In this document: in pieces, positions 56,984-64,000 of the stretch
Position numbering within the stretch: the stretch's first letter is position 1
Layout of the letters: each line of letters begins with the position of its first letter
From: a virus
Lineage: Duplodnaviria; Caudoviricetes
Strand: one strand, 5' to 3'
Virus record (IMG/VR): IMGVR_UViG_3300000439_000009
Coordinates: 42,854-106,853 of that record
DNA length: 64,000 nucleotides
The notes under the pieces: generated by a model
What the model saw: only the letters and a program-made list of their open reading frames with translations
What the model was told of the DNA's origin: nothing
Database searches by the model: none
Position numbers and translations under genes: made by a program

Positions 56984-57731
56984 TTAATATATCCTCTATT
57001 TTATATTTGTTTCCATCTTTATCTAACTTAAAACCTTCTTTAAGAAGTTCTTGCCATTCTTTTTTTTCTTCAGCTTGAGCTTCTCTGATCTTTTTCATTT
57101 CTTCTGCCCAAGCATCTCTAGTTTCTTGTGGGTAAGCATCTTCTTCTCTATCATCCCAGAAAGAACCAAGTGTGTATCTTGTTCCTGATTCTATTAAAGT
57201 TACCTCATGCATATTTTCAAACCCGCCTGCAAATACAGCAAGCATTCCTACTTTTGGCTTTAAACTAATATCATGAGAAGGGAACTGAAGCAGACCACCC
57301 TCAAAATTATCATTTAAGTATAAAAATCCAGCGTATCTACTTCTTTCAAAAGGCCCAGTATTGCCATGTTCATCTGTATTATCAGAATGAAGCCTGGCAT
57401 ATGCTCCTGGTTCCCATTTTTGAGTATGGTATCCAATTTGAACTACTTTATTTGGTTCAATGTCATGAACTGCTGCAATTGCTTCAATGATACCTTTTTT
57501 AATATCAGAAAAAACAGTTGGTTTTAAATTAAATTCTGCTAGCTCTGGATCACCATCTTGCGGTAGAACTGAAGAATAAGATTCATAAAAAGATATAGGA
57601 GTCCAAGATAATTTTTCATTGCTTGCTTGTTTTTCTAAAACTTGTATTAAAGAATCACATTCTTCTTTTGTTAAAAAATCTTCATAAACAAGTATATCTT
57701 TTGTTAATCTATTTTTTTTATTTAAGATCAT
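56976..57731 (-). CDS. 2OG-Fe(II) oxygenase, P4H-like (#6)
   Basis: HSD; LYLNDNFEGGLL.FP; HEV..I.SG.RY; start at 57731 gives an ATGA overlap. Confidence 0.88.
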   Translation of the reverse strand: MILNKKNRLTKDILVYEDFLTKEECDSLIQVLEKQASNEKLSWTPISFYESYSSVLPQDGDPELAEFNLKPTVFSDIKKGIIEAIAAVHDIEPNKVVQIGYHTQKWEPGAYARLHSDNTDEHGNTGPFERSRYAGFLYLNDNFEGGLLQFPSHDISLKPKVGMLAVFAGGFENMHEVTLIESGTRYTLGSFWDDREEDAYPQETRDAWAEEMKKIREAQAEEKKEWQELLKEGFKLDKDGNKYKIEDILNG

Positions 57732-58636
57732 CTTATCCTCACACACTTACTAATATCTTTCATTTGCACAGATTCTCTATAATCTTGCATTATACTTTCT
57801 TGCATTCTTTCCCACTCTGCCTTCCCATATTTTTCTTCATTTTCAAACCACTCATCTTGACCCAAATGAAATTTTTGCCAATACATTCTTGTAAAAAATT
57901 TTTCTCCATTATAAAGATTTTTTACTCCATGTAAATAAACTTTACCGTTTTCAGTTAAAATATCTGGATGGCCTGATGGGAAAACAACAAAATCACCTTT
58001 TTTAGGTTTATACCCAATAAGCTTACTATCAATAACAAAATCCAATCCACCGCCGTCGTAATCATCATTTATATAAGAAGTTGTAGTTATAGCAAATTTA
58101 TATCCAGGAGTTATTATTGGCTCTCTTATGTAATCAGAATGATAACTCATAGAAAGATCTGAACCATTTCCAGCATTATCAAAATATTTACATAAGCTTG
58201 GGCCTGTCCATCTCCATGTTGGAACTTCTTCTGGAAAAGTTTTAAAATTATCTGCTTCATTTTGATCAACTGGGTTTTTTGTTTTTGATACAGATGTTAG
58301 ATCAAAATCTATATCAAACCTTTTAATATAATCATTATTTACTAAATGAAAAGCTTTTACTAATTCTGTAATAAAATATTTTTGATCTTCTTGAGTTTTA
58401 TTTATTGGATTAATATCTTTAGATATTTCCATTTCATTTTTTGTTTTATTAAAATAAATTCCAAACTCTTCTATTTTTTCACCAAAAGTATACCAATCTT
58501 TCCATGGCTCAAAAATTTCTTCTTCGCTTTTTCCTATGCTTTTAACAATTTCATACATCTTATCATTATCTTCAAAAACATTGCTATAAACAAGAATATT
58601 TGGGTATATTTCTTCTACATCAAAATTATTTTTCAT
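57728..58636 (-). CDS. 2OG-Fe(II) oxygenase, P4H-like (#5)
   Basis: HSD; YINDDYDGGGL.F; KP..GD.VVFPS; HGV.....G.KF. Confidence 0.88.
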   Translation of the reverse strand: MKNNFDVEEIYPNILVYSNVFEDNDKMYEIVKSIGKSEEEIFEPWKDWYTFGEKIEEFGIYFNKTKNEMEISKDINPINKTQEDQKYFITELVKAFHLVNNDYIKRFDIDFDLTSVSKTKNPVDQNEADNFKTFPEEVPTWRWTGPSLCKYFDNAGNGSDLSMSYHSDYIREPIITPGYKFAITTTSYINDDYDGGGLDFVIDSKLIGYKPKKGDFVVFPSGHPDILTENGKVYLHGVKNLYNGEKFFTRMYWQKFHLGQDEWFENEEKYGKAEWERMQESIMQDYRESVQMKDISKCVRIR

Positions 58637-59306
58637 TTATTTTATTGCCTTTCCTGTCATAATCATAATAATTTATTTTTTTAATAAATCCAACAATTAC
58701 ATATCTAATTGGACCAGAACTAACTTTTCTGACTCCATGATGATAATCTTCATTGCCTGGAAATAATAATAAAGAACCAGGTTCTGGTTTTAATTCTAAA
58801 TTTTTATTTTTAAAAAATAATTGACCATCATTGTAATTATTATTTAAATAAATAATTGCAGCATATCTTATAGAGGGATCTGTATCTTGATCCGTATGAC
58901 ATTTTAGCTCTACGCCTTCTTGCATCCTTTGAATGCTACCAAATCCATTGCAGGCAATATCTGGTTCAATTTGATATATAAAATTATTTATTCTTTCTGT
59001 TATGGTAGCAGATATTGATTGCTTAGAAATATTTAAATTTTTATCTTCCCAATTTTGAGTTATTTCAAATAAACCTTCTGCAACTAAATTTTCTACATCA
59101 TCTCTTCCAAACTTTTCTAGACAGAAAGGTTTTAAATTTGACATATACTCTATCAACCATTCATCTTCAGACGTGTTATTAATAAAATCATTAAAATATT
59201 TAATTTCAGAATCAAGCAAATAGTTTTTTACAACAAGCACGTTGTCTATTGGCTCTTCTACTATAAAATTGTTTTTTAATAATTTTTCTTTTAACACGCT
59301 TAGCAT
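58626..59306 (-). CDS. 2OG-Fe(II) oxygenase, P4H-like (#4)
   Basis: HTD; IIYLNNNYNDGQLFF; HGV..V..G.IRY. Confidence 0.88.
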   Translation of the reverse strand: MLSVLKEKLLKNNFIVEEPIDNVLVVKNYLLDSEIKYFNDFINNTSEDEWLIEYMSNLKPFCLEKFGRDDVENLVAEGLFEITQNWEDKNLNISKQSISATITERINNFIYQIEPDIACNGFGSIQRMQEGVELKCHTDQDTDPSIRYAAIIYLNNNYNDGQLFFKNKNLELKPEPGSLLLFPGNEDYHHGVRKVSSGPIRYVIVGFIKKINYYDYDRKGNKINEK

Positions 59307-59983
59307 TATGGCTTTTTATCTCCTGTATGCTCTGTTATATTCCAAAAAAATGGACAGGTATATCTAATTCCGCTTTTTACTTCTGTAACTCCGTGTATAA
59401 AATTTTTATCTCCTGGGAAAAAATAAGCTGCACCTTTTTTTGGTTTAAATTTAATTTCTTGATTAGGAAAATACAATTCTCCGCCTTCATAGTCATCGTT
59501 TAAATAAAACAAACTTGAAAGATCGTACCAAGGAAAATCATTTGGTTTTCCAGCATCTGGACCATCCCACAATTCTTTATCTGCATGAGGATTTTGAAAT
59601 TGTCCTGGGAGCCATCTAACTATAGTTTGTCCAGTTGGGGTGGCTTTTACATTATAAAAATTTTCTATGACTGGCTGTAGTCTTTCAAATAAACCAACTA
59701 TTACTGGTACAATTCTTGGATCATTTTTATTTAAAGATGGAGAACTGGCTACACGGTCTTTCCAATAGCTAGAATCATAAATTACAGTTCCATTTTCATT
59801 TACATGATCTTCTGTAATATCCCAAATATTTATATTTCTTGCTGCATTATCTAAAAAATTAATTTCTTCTTCAGTCATAAAATTTTCTAATTCAACAATC
59901 ATAGATTTATCATTTCCAAAAAATCCAGAAGGAGTTATTGATTTTGGAGCATGGTTATGAATGTCTTTATTTGTTATTTCCAT
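59306..59983 (-). CDS. 2OG-Fe(II) oxygenase, P4H-like (#3)
   Basis: HAD; FYLNDDYEGGELYFP; HGV..V.SG.RY; start at ATG 59983, 6 nt after TGGTATAAT. Confidence 0.88.
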   Translation of the reverse strand: MEITNKDIHNHAPKSITPSGFFGNDKSMIVELENFMTEEEINFLDNAARNINIWDITEDHVNENGTVIYDSSYWKDRVASSPSLNKNDPRIVPVIVGLFERLQPVIENFYNVKATPTGQTIVRWLPGQFQNPHADKELWDGPDAGKPNDFPWYDLSSLFYLNDDYEGGELYFPNQEIKFKPKKGAAYFFPGDKNFIHGVTEVKSGIRYTCPFFWNITEHTGDKKP

Positions 59984-59989
59984 ATTATT

Positions 59990-59998
59990 ATTATACCA
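59990..59998 (-). promoter_or_regulatory. Extended -10 promoter (TGGTATAAT) inside the oxygenase island
   Basis: 6 nt upstream of ATG 59983. Confidence 0.65.
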
Positions 59999-59999
59999 C

Positions 60000-60710
60000 C
60001 TAACTAGATGAAGTAAAATCATTAACTTTCATAGTTAAAGACTTTACTTCGTGTTTTCCTATTGAATTGCCTCTGTGATCAACGGCATTTCTATAAAAAT
60101 TAGTAAATTCTCCTTTAGCAGTAATTTCTGCCCAAGCTTTTCCTCTTTCTTCTCTAAATTCGTAATGATCTTCTGCAAAAATTTTATCATAAACATCTAA
60201 TTCAATTTCAGATAAATTAGTTAAAGATAATGGAATAAAAGTAGCAATCGGTGTTCCTGCTTTTAAAGTAAATTCAAAATTTGGTTTTGTAATTCTCCAT
60301 GCTATTGGATAAGGTTCGTCCAAAAAAGAAGTTGATATTACAGAGGTGTATGGGATCAAACCATCAATAAAAAGATTTGCTGGAGGTATGCAAAGTATAG
60401 ACATATTTTCATCTGTTTTAAATTGAATTCCGCTGTGAAAACTTATAGTTGCATTGGCTCTATTTGTATCTGTTAATCTTTCTCCTTGAAGTATATTTAC
60501 ATGGTCTGAGGTTGTATCTACTACTCCGTCCCAAATAAATTTAATATCTTCAGTAAATGAAATTGTCCAGCCTATTTGATTTGCTAAACTTAATGGAAAA
60601 CATTTATAAACATGTTTGCCCGCAGTTTCATCCATCCAGTCTCTTTGAACTCTTGACTGTTCTATTTTAACTGGATGACCTGGAATCTTATATGCTAAAA
60701 CTTTAGTCAT
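60000..60710 (-). CDS. DUF6065-like protein
   Basis: RDWMDET...H.YKC.PL..ANQ.GW, PP.N..IDG..P...VI.T, GTP.A..IP (family name from memory). Confidence 0.6.
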   Translation of the reverse strand: MTKVLAYKIPGHPVKIEQSRVQRDWMDETAGKHVYKCFPLSLANQIGWTISFTEDIKFIWDGVVDTTSDHVNILQGERLTDTNRANATISFHSGIQFKTDENMSILCIPPANLFIDGLIPYTSVISTSFLDEPYPIAWRITKPNFEFTLKAGTPIATFIPLSLTNLSEIELDVYDKIFAEDHYEFREERGKAWAEITAKGEFTNFYRNAVDHRGNSIGKHEVKSLTMKVNDFTSSS

Positions 60711-61380
60711 TATCTGGCATATACATTTCTGGCGTATGGAATTTTTTATTATAGTCTAGCATGGTAACAATTGAATATTTTGTTCCAGATGTTACTGGCA
60801 TAGCTCTATGTGGATACATATAGTTTGAAGGGAATATATATAGATCTCCAGCTTTAGGTTTAATATTTAGTTCTTGTAGTCTAAAATAAAGCTCCCCGCC
60901 TTCATAGTCATCATTAATATATGCAACAAGCGATACTGTGCAATTATAAGAAAAACCATGATCATGGTGTTCTTGGAAATGCTGTCCTGGACCATACTTA
61001 ATAAAGTTAAAAGCTTCCCAATATTTTAATTCCATAATGTTAAACATGCTTCGATAATCTTCAACCGCTGCAAATTGAGCATCATAAACATCTTGCCATA
61101 TATCTTGTAAGCGTAATGAATCTTCTGTTGAGTCTGCCTGAATGTCTGTTTTTTTAAATTTAAAATCATAGCAATCACGATATTCTGGCATTAGCTGCTG
61201 ATATCCTACATATGCTGGGTACCAATGATATCTTTTACCATCATCAGATATCTGACCATAAGGTGCTGCTTTGCCCAATATATTTTCTAATTTATTAATA
61301 ACATCAAATTCTGGCTTAATAACGTTTCTATAACAAACAATACCATTGCCTAGCATTTCTTTTTCAGTCCAAGTTTGCAT
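60703..61380 (-). CDS. 2OG-Fe(II) oxygenase, P4H-like (#2)
   Basis: HHDHG; YINDDYEGGELYF; FPSNYMYPH...PV.SGTKY; start at 61380 preferred. Confidence 0.9.
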   Translation of the reverse strand: MQTWTEKEMLGNGIVCYRNVIKPEFDVINKLENILGKAAPYGQISDDGKRYHWYPAYVGYQQLMPEYRDCYDFKFKKTDIQADSTEDSLRLQDIWQDVYDAQFAAVEDYRSMFNIMELKYWEAFNFIKYGPGQHFQEHHDHGFSYNCTVSLVAYINDDYEGGELYFRLQELNIKPKAGDLYIFPSNYMYPHRAMPVTSGTKYSIVTMLDYNKKFHTPEMYMPDND

Positions 61381-61387
61381 TTTATTC

Positions 61388-62167
61388 CTAACTATACTCT
61401 CTTTTAGTCCAGACTTTTTTTCTGTAAATCCCGCCATCTGGTTTGCGGTACATTTTCATATTATCCATCATTTTATCATAAATAGTATTTGTTGACAGTA
61501 TTTCTATTTCACTTTGCCAATTTTCTCTCTTAAATGGAAGAATTTGCATATAAGGAGTTCCCGCTGGAATAGTGCCTTCCCAGTCATCTATTATAAAAAA
61601 TGGAAAGGTTCCAGATAAATGAACTTTATCATTATCTACAATACCAGTTGTATTTAAAAATGGTAAATCAAATCTGTTCATCGGTGTCATGTATAAACAA
61701 CTATAACCTTCTGGAACTTCCAATCCCCAATCTGGTTGCCAAGCAAAATGATCTTTATAATAACCCTTGGGGTGTTCAAATTGTGGCATTGGTGGCCTTG
61801 CTGTACAAAAATCTTTATACTGATTATCTTCTATCTTTACATCAATTTTATTTTGACTGTTTTTAAAAAATGTTATATCGCAAGGAGTTTTTAAAACATA
61901 TCCAGTTGTAAAAGCATCTAAAATAGCTGGACAAGCTTTCCACGTTGGTATCATCCCATAATCATCTGTAGTTCCTTCTTTGGGAAAAGGGCAAACTGTT
62001 TTTGGAGCTTTATAATATTCTCCATTATAAGGATTTTTTGCAAACCTATCTGCCTCTTTATACCAATCTGGTATTAAACTTTGTGTTGGGCTGGGGGCTG
62101 AAATGCTATCTTTATTAAGCCATGGCCTAAAAGATTTAAATTTAATAATGTTATTTGTTAATTTCAT
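61388..62167 (-). CDS. Conserved oxygenase-cluster protein (distantly DUF6065-like)
   Basis: IPDWYK, TWKACP...DA...GY....P.D, P.GYS.L...P.NR..LPF...GIVD.D, IPAGTP..Q..PFKRE; shares its layout with 60000..60710. Confidence 0.55.
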   Translation of the reverse strand: MKLTNNIIKFKSFRPWLNKDSISAPSPTQSLIPDWYKEADRFAKNPYNGEYYKAPKTVCPFPKEGTTDDYGMIPTWKACPAILDAFTTGYVLKTPCDITFFKNSQNKIDVKIEDNQYKDFCTARPPMPQFEHPKGYYKDHFAWQPDWGLEVPEGYSCLYMTPMNRFDLPFLNTTGIVDNDKVHLSGTFPFFIIDDWEGTIPAGTPYMQILPFKRENWQSEIEILSTNTIYDKMMDNMKMYRKPDGGIYRKKVWTKREYS

Positions 62168-62170
62168 AGA

Positions 62171-62878
62171 TTAATGACTTAATGTATTTATATCGGTCAT
62201 AACAACAACACAATACTTTGTGCCAGATTTTATAGGCAAAGAAGCATGTTCATAAATATAATTTGATGGGAAAATAGCAATATCCCCTACTTTTGGAGTA
62301 TGTACAAAATTATCTAATCTTGGAAACTTAATTTCCCCGCCTTCATAATCATCATTAATATAAATAACTGCAGAAACAGTACAATTATAAGCTGGGCCAT
62401 GATCAGCATGAATATTAAAATGAGTACCTTCACCTTCATATTTTACAAAATTAAAAGCTTCATAATATACAACATTAATGCCCCAATAATGAGCATAATC
62501 ATCTATACAAGTTTTTAATTTTTGATATATTTCTTCATGCAAATCAATTAAATCAGAATTAAATTCATCTCTCGGACCAAGATTTTCTTGTTTATATTTA
62601 AAATCTACACAATCTCTTGCTTTTTTAATTGGGGAAGTTGAATTTGTAACTTGCGCTTCGGACCATGTATATTTTTTATTACTTGATAAATTTAATTCAA
62701 GAGTATCAATATATCTTTTTGAGTCTTCTAAAGAAAAAACATTATGATAAATATTTAAACCTAAACCAGGATTACTAATTAAAATATCATTATTAATTAA
62801 TCGTGACACTCTGTTTGAGGCTGTTTCTGATCTATCTTTAGTAAACCAAGGGTTTTCATTTTCATCATAAACATTCAT
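62171..62878 (-). CDS. 2OG-Fe(II) oxygenase, P4H-like (#1)
   Basis: HADHG; YINDDYEGGEI.FP; FPSNYIYEH...P..SGTKY; close paralog of 60703..61380. Confidence 0.9.
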   Translation of the reverse strand: MNVYDENENPWFTKDRSETASNRVSRLINNDILISNPGLGLNIYHNVFSLEDSKRYIDTLELNLSSNKKYTWSEAQVTNSTSPIKKARDCVDFKYKQENLGPRDEFNSDLIDLHEEIYQKLKTCIDDYAHYWGINVVYYEAFNFVKYEGEGTHFNIHADHGPAYNCTVSAVIYINDDYEGGEIKFPRLDNFVHTPKVGDIAIFPSNYIYEHASLPIKSGTKYCVVVMTDINTLSH

Positions 62879-62902
62879 TTTAAATCCTTTATCTATTAAA
62901 AC

Positions 62903-63142
62903 TTACTCGGACTTTCCCCATTTATTTAATGGGCATTCTGCATTTGAAAGATGAACTTTAGCAGACATGAAACATCCGCATTCTAAACATTGTTTTGTTA
63001 TTGAAACTAATCTTGGACATGAAATGCATATTTCTAATCTATTTTTTGCAATTTCTGAATCTTTTACTATTTTGTTTGGATCTAAAAGATGCCAAGGACG
63101 TGAATCTCCAACATTTTTTTTCCAATCATTCCACTTTGACAT
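62903..63142 (-). CDS. Small Cys-rich protein (DUF6171-like), paralog of 23142..23399
   Basis: RPW.LLDP...RL.IC.SCP.L...T.QC.ECGCFM..K......CP..KW. Confidence 0.75.
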   Translation of the reverse strand: MSKWNDWKKNVGDSRPWHLLDPNKIVKDSEIAKNRLEICISCPRLVSITKQCLECGCFMSAKVHLSNAECPLNKWGKSE

Positions 63143-63154
63143 ATTAACCTTTTT

Positions 63155-63610
63155 TTAATCTTTTGGCAAACTAAAACTTGATCCATCCCAAATATAACCT
63201 AAACCAAATAATTTTACATCAGATGCATCTATAACTAAAACTTTATTTGAAAAAGCAGCTTCAAATTTTTCAATATCATTATGTTTTGTTACTCTACCAA
63301 AAATTTTATTTTTTGATAAAAATGCAAGACTTAATGAATTTTCTTCATGACCCCATATATCAAATACATCGTGACCGACAACTCTTTCTTTATTGTCTGG
63401 AAGATTAAATTTTTGTCCGTCCCAAAAAGAATCAAATGTAAGATTATCTAAACCAGTTACATTCATTGCAATTGCATTTTGATTAGATGTACCAGATTTC
63501 CATCTTTTTGAAATTTCTGAATCAGATTCAAATATTATAATTTCAAAAACTTCAAATAAATTAGAATTTTCTTCTATTTCAGTAGCAAGTGCATATTTAT
63601 CAAATTTCAT
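63155..63610 (-). CDS. Small protein downstream of the PPFF gene (possible fibre assembly factor)
   Basis: 151 aa with an internal duplication (FWDGQKFNLP / IWDGSSFSLP). Confidence 0.65.
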   Translation of the reverse strand: MKFDKYALATEIEENSNLFEVFEIIIFESDSEISKRWKSGTSNQNAIAMNVTGLDNLTFDSFWDGQKFNLPDNKERVVGHDVFDIWGHEENSLSLAFLSKNKIFGRVTKHNDIEKFEAAFSNKVLVIDASDVKLFGLGYIWDGSSFSLPKD

Positions 63611-63642
63611 TTTTTATCCTTTTATTAATTATTTTTATAACT

Positions 63643-63679
63643 ATGATAGAGGGCATATATAGATTATACCCTCTACCAT
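63643..63679 (-). promoter_or_regulatory. 15-bp hairpin overlapping GGTATAAT
   Basis: Minus strand atggtagagggtata-atctata-tatgccctctatcat; both mismatches are G.U pairs in RNA. Confidence 0.55.
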
Positions 63680-63687
63680 TATTAACA

Positions 63688-64000
63688 TCAAACAACACAT
63701 CCTCCACAACTGCAATAAGCTGGTCTTAGGCATCTAACTCCACTGCATGAAGCGCAGAAAGATGGTGGGAAGGATGGCGGGAAAAACGGTGGGAAGAATG
63801 GTGCAGCAAAGTATGGTGGGAAGAATGGTGGTGGGAAATATGGTGGGAAAAACGGGAAGTACGGGAAATATGGTGGGAAGAACGGCGGGAAGAATGGGAA
63901 ATATGGCGGGAAGAATGGTGGGAAGAACGGCGGGAAGAATGGTGGGAAGAACGGGAAGTATGGGAAGAATGGTGGGAAGAATGGTGGGAAGAATGGGAAG
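63688..64000 (-). CDS. 3' end of a (PPFF/PPYF)n protein with Cys-rich tip (partial; not in the ORF track)
   Basis: Hand translation ends ...FPPYFAAPFFPPFFPPSFPPSFCASCSGVRCLRPAYCSCGGCVV* (TGA at 63688-63690); runs off the window edge. Confidence 0.85.
   Translation of the reverse strand, partial: FPFFPPFFPPFFPYFPFFPPFFPPFFPPFFPPYFPFFPPFFPPYFPYFPFFPPYFPPPFFPPYFAAPFFPPFFPPSFPPSFCASCSGVRCLRPAYCSCGGCVV
63758..64000. repeat. 9/12-bp tandem repeat array encoding PPFF/PYF/PPYF
   Basis: Same gggaagaatggt unit as the arrays at 23.9 and 24.2 kb, interspersed with 9-bp variants. Confidence 0.95.

Noticed and set aside
55694-62878. Oxygenases as TET/JBP or AlkB DNA-modifying enzymes
   Set aside because: The Y(L/I)ND.(Y/F).GG.(L/I).F motif is P4H-like, and no DNA methylase, nucleotide kinase or glycosyltransferase lies nearby. 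Judged less likely, though not formally excluded.
63758-64000. Repeat array as CRISPR or non-coding satellite
   Set aside because: There are no unique spacers, units are multiples of 3, and the minus frame is open into a Cys-rich end.
1-64000. Prophage, integrase or alternative genetic code
   Set aside because: No integrase or host genes are visible in the window, and genes are full-length under the standard code with all three stop codons in use.

Overview
This window is a 64-kb segment of a low-GC, tailed dsDNA phage (siphovirus-type). Essentially every credible gene lies on the minus strand. In transcription order (right to left) it contains: (i) the 3' end of a (PPFF)n-repeat, Cys-tipped protein and two small partner genes; (ii) an ~8.5-kb AT-rich island of eight prolyl-4-hydroxylase-like 2OG-Fe(II) oxygenases, two DUF6065-like proteins, an FkbM-type methyltransferase and an SDR; (iii) head and tail genes: portal, prohead protease/scaffold, major capsid, connectors, major tail, a frameshifting tail chaperone, a 2315-aa tape measure and large minor tail proteins, the last of which again ends in (PPFF)n plus a Cys-rich tip and is followed by the same kind of partner pair; (iv) a replication/recombination block (DnaB, primase, SSB, DnaE, RecA, resolvases, Cas4-like nuclease); (v) terminase; (vi) secreted, membrane and lysis genes. 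From memory, this gene order resembles large Streptomyces BE/BK-type phages and their freshwater actinobacterial relatives, so the host assignment is inference. The best candidate for a new system is the pairing of proline-rich (PPFF)n virion proteins with a battery of prolyl-hydroxylase-like and other tailoring enzymes, i.e. possible phage-encoded post-translational modification of tail fibres. Also notable are enzyme-like cargo domains (one ADP-ribosyltransferase-like) inside the tape measure and a diverged 142-bp duplication scar. All family names come from motif recognition by eye; no searches were run.
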